A DNA stretch of 55,804 nt, filler included, from Barthelona sp. PAP020 (Eukaryota): the NCBI GenBank assembly GCA_040182905.1. It is 2 parts of 2 records of this genome, joined end to end, with 100 filler letters (N's around TTAATTAATTAA, not from the genome) between each part and the next. Parts side by side here need not be neighbours in the genome. Positions count along the whole stretch, not along the records: positions 1 to 27,869 come from JARQWU010000127.1; 1 more part is not named here. The stretch is one strand, 5' to 3'. Position 1 is the first letter of the stretch; every line of letters begins with the position of its first letter. The notes under the pieces are model-generated. The model had not been told where the DNA came from. It saw nothing but the letters and a program-made list of their open reading frames with translations, and did no database searches. Below are positions 1 to 10,396 of the stretch, piece after piece. A program made the position numbers and the translations under genes.

Positions 1-84
1 CAAAAGAATCATTTCAATGTGGGAACTCATCTCGGTTATGATAATTTTGATTGGAAGACATCAAAAGAAGCTGCATTTATGTAA
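1..84 (+). CDS. 3' end of an unidentified gene truncated by the window start
   Basis: Frame 1 is open from base 1 (QKNHFNVGTHLGYDNFDWKTSKEAAFM) to TAA at 82-84, followed by AT-rich spacer. Confidence 0.45.
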   Translation, partial: QKNHFNVGTHLGYDNFDWKTSKEAAFM

Positions 85-292
85 ATTTTGAAAAAAAATA
101 AAATGAAACTTGACGTTTTGCACATCATTTTTATTTTTTTTGCACATGCATTTTAATAAATCTATTATATCAATTGTTATCGTTCTTTTTTTTTTTTTTT
201 TTCAAAGTGATTGTTGTGTTGACACATGTAAATGATTTCAAAAACGTAATCCTTTTTTTTGTCAATTTTTTTTTTTCGAATGATACAATGTT

Positions 293-1033
293 ATGTCATT
301 AACTGATTTTGGTCATTGTTTTTGTTTATCATTATTAGCAGGGAAGGATTTATTTATCGATTATTCCCAATGTAACATGAAGATTGAAGAAATAATTGAG
401 ATTTTTTCAAATTATATTGACAGTTACCAGTTGATATCCATTCATTTGGAAGCAAATGCTCTTGAACATTTAATTCTTAATGATTTTACAGAAGCAAATG
501 TGTTTTTTGTTACTGGTTTGTCTGATATTGATATTTCATCATCTTTATATTATCAATTTATTGAATTATTAAGTACAGATTCAAGAGGTACACGAGGTTG
601 TTTAGTTTGTTTTGAAAAAAATATTCCAAAAATTCAGTTTAATTTGTTCAGTCAATTTGAGTTTGGCATCATTTTGTCACCCAAATTTATTGAAGATTCA
701 CCACAAATTTTTGATATAATTAATATTACTAACAATAGACAAATTGTCAATGTTGCTATGTCAATCAGGAGTTATATACAGCAATTAGTTTTGTTGATTC
801 AATCATCTGGCTTGGTTTCTGAGACTTCTTTCAACTCTTTGTTTGATAATATATTGGAATTAGGTCAGGCTGAAGCCCAAATTCAAGGAAAGAATTATTT
901 AGCACCACAACATATTCAGTTAGTTTTGCCTTTTATTTGTTTGACGCAGTGTTTATTTTATGATGATTCTAATGCAATACCATTGGGTGAATTGGTTAAC
1001 AGTCTGATTAATTCTGTTGAAATACCAATCTGA
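293..1033 (+). CDS. Hypothetical protein; C-terminus resembles a MoxR/Mg-chelatase-type AAA+ lid (degenerate, no Walker motifs seen)
   Basis: 246-aa ATG ORF; ILELGQAEAQIQGKNYLAPQHIQLVLP resembles the lid pattern LxxxAxAxAxLxGRxYVxPxDI; AATAAA at 1050-1055. Confidence 0.5.
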   Translation: MSLTDFGHCFCLSLLAGKDLFIDYSQCNMKIEEIIEIFSNYIDSYQLISIHLEANALEHLILNDFTEANVFFVTGLSDIDISSSLYYQFIELLSTDSRGTRGCLVCFEKNIPKIQFNLFSQFEFGIILSPKFIEDSPQIFDIINITNNRQIVNVAMSIRSYIQQLVLLIQSSGLVSETSFNSLFDNILELGQAEAQIQGKNYLAPQHIQLVLPFICLTQCLFYDDSNAIPLGELVNSLINSVEIPI

Positions 1034-1155
1034 TTGATTTAATCAAAAGAATAAACAAAAGAACAAAGAAAGAAATTATTTATGAAATTGCACAATTTGT
1101 AAACGCCGCATTTTGGTTTTTTTATTTTTTCATTTATTTTTTTTATTTTTGTCTA

Positions 1156-4100
1156 TCATGCATTTGAACACGAAATCGGCAATAAACCTTTGGAACAATA
1201 CACTGAAATTTTCAGGTTAATTTTTGATTTGTCTTCATTGTGGTCAACAAGTGGAATAATTGAATATTGTTTGCCTAAAATGGGGCTCAAATAAGCTTTT
1301 GAGAAATTAGTTCTTGAAATGGAATGAGAAGGTTCTTGAACAATATCGAATTCACTCTTACACTTAAAAGGAACAACAAAATGTTCAGTAACAACACAAT
1401 ATAACGGTATTTGAGTTGTTTGCTGAATAATTTCAATGTATATCTCAACTAATTCTTCATTTATGACGTTTGTACAGTCTAAATGAAATTGAGGTGCAAA
1501 AAATATATCTTCCGACTCAAAACAATATTTTTGAACTTGTAAACCTTCCATGGTGAAAAAGATGGTGGAAACAAAAGAATGTTTTAACAGAATTGAGGAA
1601 CAACAATATTTCATTTGATCAACTAATTCCTCTAAAGAAAGCCAATATCCGGTAGGAACAAGCAAATCATCAAAGAAATTAGGAACAAGTTCCAATGCTT
1701 GTTTTTTCAATTTTTTATTCCATTTACTTGACAGCACATGATAGTTTCCACGAAAGTCAAGACTAAAAGTTTCCCTCTCAATAGGAACAATATAAAAAAG
1801 AATTGTCTTGTAAGTGTCAGTTGATTCTTCAAATCCTTTTTCAATTTTAAAAGTTGAATCTGGTGGTAACCCCAAATCAATGATTGTTTTATTAGATTTC
1901 CAGTTCTTTGAACTCCTTTTTGAATGTCTTGAAGGTTTAGAATGACAAATAATTAAATTATCGTTTGTTATCTCATTATCTTTACGATTGATCATGTATA
2001 AGAACTTTTTGCTCATTAACATTTGATGATGACTATTGTTTTTGATTTTTGAAGAAAAAAAGATGTCAATTTTTCCACCAAACAATAATCTAAGTCCAAG
2101 AGCAGGTGTAAAATGTTTAATGTAATGATTGTATGAACCAAAGACTTTGTAACACATTTTATCAATGAGGGAAAATATTATTTCAGTTGGTTCAATAGAA
2201 TGCATCAAAACGATGTTATTGTTAACCATAGGGAAATGAAGATCTAAAAGGGTGTATTCTATATCTTGTTCAGCAAAATATTCCATTAATACTACACCTG
2301 CCTTGCGATCAAATTTTATCACCACGTCATTTAATGAAGACAGTTTATTTTCATTTTTAGCAAGATTTAACAACGTTTTCAAGGTTTTATTCGATCCAAT
2401 CATTTCTCTTTTAAGGTCACCCAATATCCAATCAGGACAAATTTCATCAAATGATTTAATTTCCACAGGAGTAACTGTAGAATCATCATTATTGAAATCT
2501 TCTATGAGAATCAAATTAAAATCATCATCCAAAAATTTCTTATGACTTGCTCTAGCAATTTTACAAATATTTAAATACTTTGCTAACGTTATTCGTAACT
2601 TCTTGCAAGTGACTTTCACTTTGGGTTTTTCATTAACCAATGAACAAAATTGTTTGATTTCAGTCTTTGAATTATTCAATAATGTTCTTAATTCTTCAAT
2701 TTTTTGATCATTTATCTGGGGCATATTACTCAAATCCTCATATAATGCTTTTACTTTATCTAATCCAATATCAACATAACAATATATATCAATTAACATA
2801 TCAAAATCATCAGATGCGACATCCATAAGAGTATCTTTAGCTTCTTCTAATTTAAGGAAATATTTATTGATTGCAATCTTATAATATCGGAGTTTCTTTC
2901 GTAATTGTTGCTCTTCTGATGGAGACATTAGTCTCTGTTTGACAAATGATTCAACGGCAATTTCTTCCTTTGAGACTATAGATTTCTTTTCTATCTTTTG
3001 ATCGACTATTTTAACACTGTTCGCAGGAGAAGAAGTTTCTGTTTGACAAACAGAAGAAGAAGCTTCAAAACAAGAGATGGGAATCAAATTACTGTCGCTC
3101 AACCTATAATCATTGGTAGCAGGAAATTCAAAATTCATTTCCATGTCGATAGTAGCATTATCATCATCAGAAACCGTAATTTCAGAATGAACATTCGAAG
3201 TGAGATACAATTCTTTGTCTTTTTCTAATTCTCGATCACTATAACTGTCAAAATTCTCCAGAACTGGACTTTCAATAAAGCTAAACATTTTTTCCAATTC
3301 AAAAGAAGCTAAAGGTTCTGAATATTGACATCTATCTTCAACAAAGTTTAAAAAGTTTTCCCGCAATTTTAAAGACAAGTTAGGATGAGAAAGTATTAAT
3401 TTGTCACTGAAATATGGACAATACAATTCTCTCCACTGTTCAAACAAATATCTCGCCTTAGTCACCTCAAGTTCTAATGTTTCATGTAAAAATAAATACA
3501 AATATCCAAACAAACGTTCTTGAATTTGAAATAATTCATTCAATTGGTTTCTTTTTTGTCTAATTTTTTTAACAATGTCATCAGACTTATTCACAGAGGA
3601 AAAAAGATCCATAAAGAAATCTAAAATTGAATCTTTGTGAGTATTGGGATTGTTTGTCTCGTTTTCCACATAAAACTCTTTTTCGATATTACTTGAAGTG
3701 TTGATTGGTATTTCATGTATTTGAATAGAAGTGGAATCATCCAAAAAAAATTTTTCATCCATTTCAAGACTGCTTAAAGAATCAAAATTTGATGACTCGA
3801 CTAAACCGTTTCCAAAATAAGCAAGGCTTTGTTCCAACATGAAAATTTCACTGGCTAAACTTCTGATTTCATTTGAAAGAAAAACATTTTCATGATTAAA
3901 TGGAGATTGATTATTCTTTGAACCACGGAAATTAAAAGCAAGGTTTGATGAATATCTCAATTCCTTATGAATGTTCTCAACAATATTTTTGAAGTCAAAA
4001 AATTGTAAAATTTCGTTATTTTTATTGCTGATTGATTTATAAATATAATCAATACTTTCCAAATAAACACTTTCAAATAATTCTTGAGAAATAAACGGTA

Positions 4101-6777
4101 AAGATTTGGTTAAATAGACACATTGCTGATACTTACCAAGGCCCAAATAAAATCCCAAGAAAAACAAGAAAAAAGTAAAAGGTATAGCTGTTAAATAAGA
4201 AACCTTGATAATGAATATCAAATAAAAGTATATTAGATATCCACAAACGATACTCAATAAAATAAACAAACTATTTTTTGACTCCTTGATCTTATTGTCT
4301 TCGTTAATAATAAATACAGGACTTAATTTTTCTGCAATATATATTTTGTCAGGCATCTTGATGAATTTCCTGAAAATTACCAAAACTATTTCATAAAACA
4401 ATAAAGAGAAGAAATAAATGGAACCAAGATTCAATAAATAATCTTCCCAACCAATAAAATCATTATTAACTACGTTAGCATTCTTTTCCTCAATACACAT
4501 GAATATCAATGAACATAAGCTAAAAATTATATACATAGTTAGAATGATAATAGATCCTGTGAACATTGGCTCTTTATGCATTGTTTTATGCATTCTATAC
4601 GAATGAAATATACTACACATACAAACAATTGTAGAATTCAATAATACAAAGCCAATTTTGCAATTATAAAATATTTCTTGTTCAAAAAAATTCATAGGTG
4701 CCAGTACAATAATCAATAGTACCAGCAAAGCCACAATCATTTTCTTTAAAAAGAATCCTTTGTTCAAATGGATGATTAAGCACATGATATGAATATACAT
4801 CAAAACACAACTCCAATAACAGAAAATGCAGAATAATCTTTCTTTTATTTCAAATTCAATTCCTTGATTGATATGAATAAATCTAAAACAAAAAAAAGAA
4901 AACAGATATGCAACACCTAAAAAGACTAAAAAAGAGTTGTAAGATTGAGTTACCGTTATTTTATAATCAACAAACACTATTATCAACATGTTCAAAAAAA
5001 AGGTACATGTAATCAAAATTATGTATTGCTCCTTATCAAAAAATAAGAATAATAGAATATAATTGAAACAATATGATAAAAACATAATAATAAAAGCAAA
5101 GTTCTTCCAATAAGATAAGTAATTGAATAGAATTGACAACTTTACATTATTTTCATTATTTTGAACTTTTTGATTTTCAATAATATTATCTCCAACGTTT
5201 TCAATGTCGATAGTTGTGTGTGTAGTTGTTGCGGTATTGGAAGAAGAGATAATATTATTAATATGAGGATAGATTTGACCCCATAATAATAAATTCACAA
5301 AATTTAAAAACAATAAATGAAGATTCTTTTGATACAATAAAAATATGAAAGAAAAGAAAAAAAACAACAATAATAACACAGTATAAGCATAGAATTGTTT
5401 TTTTACTAAAAAAGATATTTTATTTTGTTTTAAATTTTCAAAAATATCAATAAAAAATTCATCTTTTGCCAAATTCATCAATTCATCATCTCTTTGAAAA
5501 TAATCCTCACAATTAATATCAATCAATTCTTTGATGAAATCATATTCTTTTTTTCCGAAAGAAAAGATGTTTGGTAATATCAATTTGATGAAAAAGAAAC
5601 AAAAAACAAAAAATATCAAATAAATAATAAATAACCATTCAAACCCCTCAATTTTTTTAATCATCAAGAATTTTAAACAAAAGCCAATCAATAAAGCCAT
5701 TAAACATCCAGTAAAATAAATGGCATTTGCTAAAAATCTATTATCTTTGATAATAACGGATAATTGGGTTATTTGTCGAGGTTTTATTATCGATTCAGGC
5801 TCAAATAAAAAAGATAATTCCTCACTTTCAAAAGTTTCAAAAGTTTCGAAAGTTTCGAAAAGTTTCAAAAAATTCTTTCCCTTTTCATTAAATATCCAAT
5901 ATAAAAATCCATTTAACAGAATATATACAAATATTCCAATAAAAAAGGACAATAAAACTTCAAGATTAATGAATTGTTTGGCAAAAAAGAAAACAAATGT
6001 TGGTATAATAAATGAAATTGTTAGACTATATGGGAATAAAAGAGAATTTTTGAAAGGAAAGAATAAATTCAAAATTATGATTGTTAAAATAAAAAGAATT
6101 TGAAAAGAAAAATACAAAAGACTTTCTATATTATATTCTTTTGATGTTTTTAAAATCAACCATTCATTCAAAAATCCAGCAAATAATAAAAAAAATGCTG
6201 AGATTTTCAAAATCAAATCCTTCCGACTAAAATAGTTTTTTTTTTCATATAAATATTTAAAATTAATTTGTGAATTTTCAATAAACTGTTTTGCTAACAT
6301 TTTAATGTTTAAATAATATGAAAAATTCTTTTTTGATGAAAATACAGTTTCAAATACAATATATGGTATATAATTTGCAAAACTTATATGTCTATCATTT
6401 ATACCATAATAATAAAAACTTGTGAAACATGATAGAACAATAATCCCACAAAAAACAATCATCAAAATCAATTTAATTTGAGATATCAAATATTTGTGTT
6501 GTGTCATACTTATAATTAATAAACACATGAACAAATATACTATTGTAATAAAACAATGAAGATAGTAAAAATACTCCTTGTTTTGAAAATAAGAATCAGC
6601 TTGCAAGTATTCACTTATCATAAAAATGCAAAATATTATATATGTAAAAATAACCACCCATAATAAAAGAGATCTTCGAATATTATCTTTTGTGAAAAAA
6701 TGTCCGTTGTTCGATGAAAATAAATGCAAAACACCAGCAAAAATCAATGTTAATGGAAATAATTTTAAATTAATCAT
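1156..6777 (-). CDS. Large multipass membrane protein with C-terminal degenerate calpain CysPc and C2L domains (DEK1/TML-calpain-like pseudoprotease)
   Basis: First ATG at 6777 (ORF track starts at TTG 6831). About 900 aa of hydrophobic helices, an acidic/coiled linker, then calpain landmarks in order: KFLDDDF, LLDLHFP, SLIDKMCYKVFGSY, FRGNY..SSKW, TGYWLSLEE, APQFHL, YSIIP, ISVY. Confidence 0.7.
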   Translation of the reverse strand: MINLKLFPLTLIFAGVLHLFSSNNGHFFTKDNIRRSLLLWVVIFTYIIFCIFMISEYLQADSYFQNKEYFYYLHCFITIVYLFMCLLIISMTQHKYLISQIKLILMIVFCGIIVLSCFTSFYYYGINDRHISFANYIPYIVFETVFSSKKNFSYYLNIKMLAKQFIENSQINFKYLYEKKNYFSRKDLILKISAFFLLFAGFLNEWLILKTSKEYNIESLLYFSFQILFILTIIILNLFFPFKNSLLFPYSLTISFIIPTFVFFFAKQFINLEVLLSFFIGIFVYILLNGFLYWIFNEKGKNFLKLFETFETFETFESEELSFLFEPESIIKPRQITQLSVIIKDNRFLANAIYFTGCLMALLIGFCLKFLMIKKIEGFEWLFIIYLIFFVFCFFFIKLILPNIFSFGKKEYDFIKELIDINCEDYFQRDDELMNLAKDEFFIDIFENLKQNKISFLVKKQFYAYTVLLLLFFFFSFIFLLYQKNLHLLFLNFVNLLLWGQIYPHINNIISSSNTATTTHTTIDIENVGDNIIENQKVQNNENNVKLSILFNYLSYWKNFAFIIMFLSYCFNYILLFLFFDKEQYIILITCTFFLNMLIIVFVDYKITVTQSYNSFLVFLGVAYLFSFFCFRFIHINQGIEFEIKERLFCIFCYWSCVLMYIHIMCLIIHLNKGFFLKKMIVALLVLLIIVLAPMNFFEQEIFYNCKIGFVLLNSTIVCMCSIFHSYRMHKTMHKEPMFTGSIIILTMYIIFSLCSLIFMCIEEKNANVVNNDFIGWEDYLLNLGSIYFFSLLFYEIVLVIFRKFIKMPDKIYIAEKLSPVFIINEDNKIKESKNSLFILLSIVCGYLIYFYLIFIIKVSYLTAIPFTFFLFFLGFYLGLGKYQQCVYLTKSLPFISQELFESVYLESIDYIYKSISNKNNEILQFFDFKNIVENIHKELRYSSNLAFNFRGSKNNQSPFNHENVFLSNEIRSLASEIFMLEQSLAYFGNGLVESSNFDSLSSLEMDEKFFLDDSTSIQIHEIPINTSSNIEKEFYVENETNNPNTHKDSILDFFMDLFSSVNKSDDIVKKIRQKRNQLNELFQIQERLFGYLYLFLHETLELEVTKARYLFEQWRELYCPYFSDKLILSHPNLSLKLRENFLNFVEDRCQYSEPLASFELEKMFSFIESPVLENFDSYSDRELEKDKELYLTSNVHSEITVSDDDNATIDMEMNFEFPATNDYRLSDSNLIPISCFEASSSVCQTETSSPANSVKIVDQKIEKKSIVSKEEIAVESFVKQRLMSPSEEQQLRKKLRYYKIAINKYFLKLEEAKDTLMDVASDDFDMLIDIYCYVDIGLDKVKALYEDLSNMPQINDQKIEELRTLLNNSKTEIKQFCSLVNEKPKVKVTCKKLRITLAKYLNICKIARASHKKFLDDDFNLILIEDFNNDDSTVTPVEIKSFDEICPDWILGDLKREMIGSNKTLKTLLNLAKNENKLSSLNDVVIKFDRKAGVVLMEYFAEQDIEYTLLDLHFPMVNNNIVLMHSIEPTEIIFSLIDKMCYKVFGSYNHYIKHFTPALGLRLLFGGKIDIFFSSKIKNNSHHQMLMSKKFLYMINRKDNEITNDNLIICHSKPSRHSKRSSKNWKSNKTIIDLGLPPDSTFKIEKGFEESTDTYKTILFYIVPIERETFSLDFRGNYHVLSSKWNKKLKKQALELVPNFFDDLLVPTGYWLSLEELVDQMKYCCSSILLKHSFVSTIFFTMEGLQVQKYCFESEDIFFAPQFHLDCTNVINEELVEIYIEIIQQTTQIPLYCVVTEHFVVPFKCKSEFDIVQEPSHSISRTNFSKAYLSPILGKQYSIIPLVDHNEDKSKINLKISVYCSKGLLPISCSNA
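5824..5870. repeat. Coding 9-bp tandem repeat (aaagtttc[a/g]) encoding FETFETFETFES
   Basis: About 4-5 units read directly in the sequence, within a loop of the membrane protein. Confidence 0.8.
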
Positions 6778-7188
6778 CAAAAGTGACAGTGGTTGTGAAA
6801 AAAAAATTCGATTTTTTGAATTTTTCAACAAAAAGATATCTGTTTGAGATTTTCTCTTGATAATAAATAATTAATGGTTGATTTTATCAATTGGAGTGTC
6901 TTTGAAAAATATTAAAGTGAATATCTGAGATGACAAATTTTGATCTGCATTTGCTGGTTTGAAAATGAAGTTTATTCTTTGCAATAACAAATTTTTTATG
7001 CATTTTGATGTAATATTTGGCCGGCTTGATGAACTTTGTCGTTCATTTAAAAAAATAAAACGTGAAAAAAGAGATTTTGTCATTTTCTGTTGTGAATTCT
7101 TGCTTGAATATATTTTGTTTAGTTTATAAACACTTTTCAAATGGGCTGAAAAAAAAAAACAGAAACCAAAGTAATTTATTTAAAAATA

Positions 7189-8676
7189 TTAACTGCAAAC
7201 GCTGATACTTATATCATTAAGTTCTTGCGTTAAGCTTATCTTATCATTGCTTTTTAATACCAATAATTGGTAAAAACTCTTTGCTTTTGTTCTGCGTGAT
7301 GATTTATGAATTACCTCGCTGAAGTAAACACTTTCATTCTCTTTGATTTTTTTCTTCAGATATTCAAAAAATTGCCAAGTTTTCGAACTGGCCCCATACA
7401 TAGCTCTGGAAGGTGATATGGGTGCATCAAGATCAATACCACTTGACATGTCCAATTCACGAGAAATAGTGTTGTCACCATAAAAACTATGATCAGATCT
7501 ATCGTTGGAAGACAATGCAGATGGAGGCTTTAAAGATGATCCACTACTATCCAGACCTTTCAGATGTTTTATTTCATCAGGAGTAGGAGCATCAGGAGTT
7601 GCACCATTTTCTCTCATAACTTGAACGCTTGGAACAGTTCCAACAGAAGAAACATCCGGTAATTCATGCAACATATCCAAATCAGTGATAGGTGTATCCA
7701 CCATATCTAAATCGCCAAGTTCAGGTAACTCAGGTAGGGAACTGAATTCAACAGGTAAAATGTCCTTTGTTGGACGTTTATTTGATGGAATTGGGCTGTC
7801 CAAAACTGACATCAATCGAATTCTCAACTCAGGTGTTGTCATTGGAAAAGCGTTTTCAATCTTCTCCTTCGGTTTTTTGTGGAAACAAGAAGAATCCTTC
7901 ATGAGTTTTCGAAGTTTTGAAATCGAAATTTCTGTACTTTTGTCTACAACTCCTATTTGTTTTTTGCGAGCTTTGGAAGGAGATTTTATGGTTCTAGATG
8001 CAGAAGAAGAAGTAATTGCCATTGAAACTGGTGATGAATCAGGTAAATCAGGTATATTGTCAATATCAGGCAAATTTGGTAGTTCTGAAATGTCTGGAAA
8101 ATCATCAAGTTGTACACCACTCATTCCAATAATTGTTTCCATATCTGGAATACTAGTTTCAGTTCCAGTAAAAGTATCTTGATTTCCCTCATCCATTTGA
8201 AAATTGGTACCAAACATATCTTCATACAAACGAAGCGAAGAATCAAACAATTCATCAAATTCACCTCCGAATTCTACATCCACAGGTAAACCGGTAAATG
8301 GATCATTTATTACATTGGGTAATCTCGTGAGTGTTTTTGTTTTGGTATTATTCTTCGTTTTTTTGTTTTTTTTAGAAGATTTGGGAGATTTTGCTTTTTT
8401 TGATCGAAAACTTATTAATTCAGTCAAATCACTGTATGTCTCAGATGTTTTTGATAATAAATCTTTTGTTTGTTTCTCATGTACTAAAACTAAGCCAGAT
8501 AAAAAGGCTGAAGCAGTTGATAAATCAATTTGATTCAAATTCTTTTTTAAACTAATAATCACGTCATTTAATGCAATTTTAGCCAATTGTTTGCTTGTTA
8601 TTTTGGAATTTGTTCCAGCTTTCCAAATAATATTCAATTGACTGTTTTTTTTCTTAATTTCATTAATTATATCCAT
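7189..8676 (-). CDS. RAD21: Rad21/Rec8-family alpha-kleisin (cohesin subunit)
   Basis: N-terminal LNIIWKAGT..KITSKQL..LSTASAFLSGLVLVHEKQ..LL; C-terminal winged helix SRRTKAKSFYQLLVLKS..ISLTQ; acidic Pro/Ser-rich linker. Rad21 vs Rec8 not resolved. Confidence 0.88.
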   Translation of the reverse strand: MDIINEIKKKNSQLNIIWKAGTNSKITSKQLAKIALNDVIISLKKNLNQIDLSTASAFLSGLVLVHEKQTKDLLSKTSETYSDLTELISFRSKKAKSPKSSKKNKKTKNNTKTKTLTRLPNVINDPFTGLPVDVEFGGEFDELFDSSLRLYEDMFGTNFQMDEGNQDTFTGTETSIPDMETIIGMSGVQLDDFPDISELPNLPDIDNIPDLPDSSPVSMAITSSSASRTIKSPSKARKKQIGVVDKSTEISISKLRKLMKDSSCFHKKPKEKIENAFPMTTPELRIRLMSVLDSPIPSNKRPTKDILPVEFSSLPELPELGDLDMVDTPITDLDMLHELPDVSSVGTVPSVQVMRENGATPDAPTPDEIKHLKGLDSSGSSLKPPSALSSNDRSDHSFYGDNTISRELDMSSGIDLDAPISPSRAMYGASSKTWQFFEYLKKKIKENESVYFSEVIHKSSRRTKAKSFYQLLVLKSNDKISLTQELNDISISVCS

Positions 8677-9082
8677 TATTGAAATGTTATATAACTAATG
8701 TTATATAAAAAGGTGAGTTATATCATAGGATTACATTTGCCTGAAAGAAAATTGAAATTTTCATTTTTGACCAAATTCTTCAAAAAATAAAAAAATATGT
8801 TGCAGTTTATAATTGAGATCTTTTGTTGCATAAAATATGAAAAAATTGATGGTTTAATGCTGGCAAACAAATATTCACCATTCTTTTTATTTTCCACTTT
8901 TTGCACTTGTTTACAATCAAAGTTATGAAAAAAGGTTATTTTAATCAACAGAATAAAAATATTTAATATGGCAAATCTTTGCTTCTATGGTCTCAAAAGG
9001 TCAAAATGGAAAATATTAAAAAGAGTTCAAATTGATTCTCAAAACAATTATTTCATAATTAATCTGTTTAATTTTTTACCAT

Positions 9083-10324
9083 ATGGTTGTTGTTACCCCC
9101 TTTAAAGGTTTAGTTCCTCCTAAAGATGTTGTTCCAAATTTATGTTCTCCTCCTTATGATGTTATCAATTCAAAGGAAGCTCGTGTGATGGCTGGGGATA
9201 ATGAACAAACATTTTTGAGAGTTGTTAAGCCTGAAATTAATTTGGATGAGAATGTTCATATTTATGATGATTTGGTTTATGAAACTGGAAAACAAATGTT
9301 AAATAATTTTGTTGAAAATGGATTTTTAGTTCAACAAAACACTCCTTGTTTGTTTATTTATTCTCAAAAAATGGGAGAACATGTTCAATATGGAATTGTT
9401 GCCGGAGCTTCAGTTGAAGAGTATGGAAATGGTACCATTAAGCTCCATGAACAAACTCGTCAAGCGAAAGAAGATGATCGTACCAGAATGGTTAAAACTC
9501 AAATGGCTAATACTGGTCCTGTTTTCTTGACCTATAATGCCAACAGTAAAATTGATGAAATCGTTGATGATATTGTTTCAAAACCAGCTGATCGTTGTTT
9601 TGTCAACTATTTGAATGTTGAACACAAATTATGGATTGTTGAAGATCAAGAAATAATTGATAAGCTTGTTGATGAATTTGAGACTGTACCTGCTTCTTAT
9701 GTTGCTGATGGTCATCATCGTGCCCGTTCTGCTTGGAGAGTTGGTGCTGAATTGACTGAAGAAAAATCTAAAGTTGATAGTTCTTCCTTTTTGGCTGTCT
9801 TTTTCCCTCATAACCAATTACAAATTATTGATTATAACAGAATTGTCAAAGATTTGAATGGTTTATCTGTTGATGAATTCTTTGAAGCTCTTGAAGAATC
9901 TTTTGAAGTTGAGCTTGTCGAAGATGAAAACAAACAACCCAATCACAAATATCAATTCAGCATGTATATTGAAAAACAATGGTATCATCTCACTATTAAA
10001 GATGAAGTTCTTGAAGAACTTCCTCCAAAAGATCCTTCAGAAGCTCTAGGTTCTTACCGTTTAACTCAATTGTTATTGGATCCTATTTTGGATATTGGTG
10101 ATCTCAGAAAGTCTGACAGAATCGATTTCGTTGGAGGTATCAGAGGTTATGAAGAATTAGAAAAGAGAGTGGATGAAGATGACTTTGTTGTTGCCTTTGG
10201 TGTTGCTCCCGTTACAATTGAAGAATTAATGGAAGTTGCAGATGCTGGATGTCTTATGCCTCCTAAATCAACTTGGTTTGAACCCAAATTAGCTTCTGGT
10301 TTAGTTGTAAAGAAGATTGAATAA
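9083..10324 (+). CDS. DUF1015-family protein (bacterial-type, ParB-like DGHHR motif)
   Basis: SPPYDVI, IKLHEQT, ANTGPVFLTY, YVADGHHR, DYNRIVKDLNG, RIDFVGGIRG and MPPKSTWFEPKL..GL are characteristic of DUF1015. Confidence 0.9.
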   Translation: MVVVTPFKGLVPPKDVVPNLCSPPYDVINSKEARVMAGDNEQTFLRVVKPEINLDENVHIYDDLVYETGKQMLNNFVENGFLVQQNTPCLFIYSQKMGEHVQYGIVAGASVEEYGNGTIKLHEQTRQAKEDDRTRMVKTQMANTGPVFLTYNANSKIDEIVDDIVSKPADRCFVNYLNVEHKLWIVEDQEIIDKLVDEFETVPASYVADGHHRARSAWRVGAELTEEKSKVDSSSFLAVFFPHNQLQIIDYNRIVKDLNGLSVDEFFEALEESFEVELVEDENKQPNHKYQFSMYIEKQWYHLTIKDEVLEELPPKDPSEALGSYRLTQLLLDPILDIGDLRKSDRIDFVGGIRGYEELEKRVDEDDFVVAFGVAPVTIEELMEVADAGCLMPPKSTWFEPKLASGLVVKKIE

Positions 10325-10396
10325 ATAAAATGCATCGGTTATATTTTTTTATTCACTAAATATTTTCACATTATGAAAAATAAGGAAAGAAATATT

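Noticed and set aside
6871..7140. Upstream ORF in the same frame as the pseudo-calpain, separated by a single TAA (6871-6873): readthrough or alternative code?
   Set aside because: TAA is the commonest real stop in this window, no GT-AG intron removes it, the peptide looks like translated AT-rich spacer, and ATG 6777 gives a plausible hydrophobic N-terminus.
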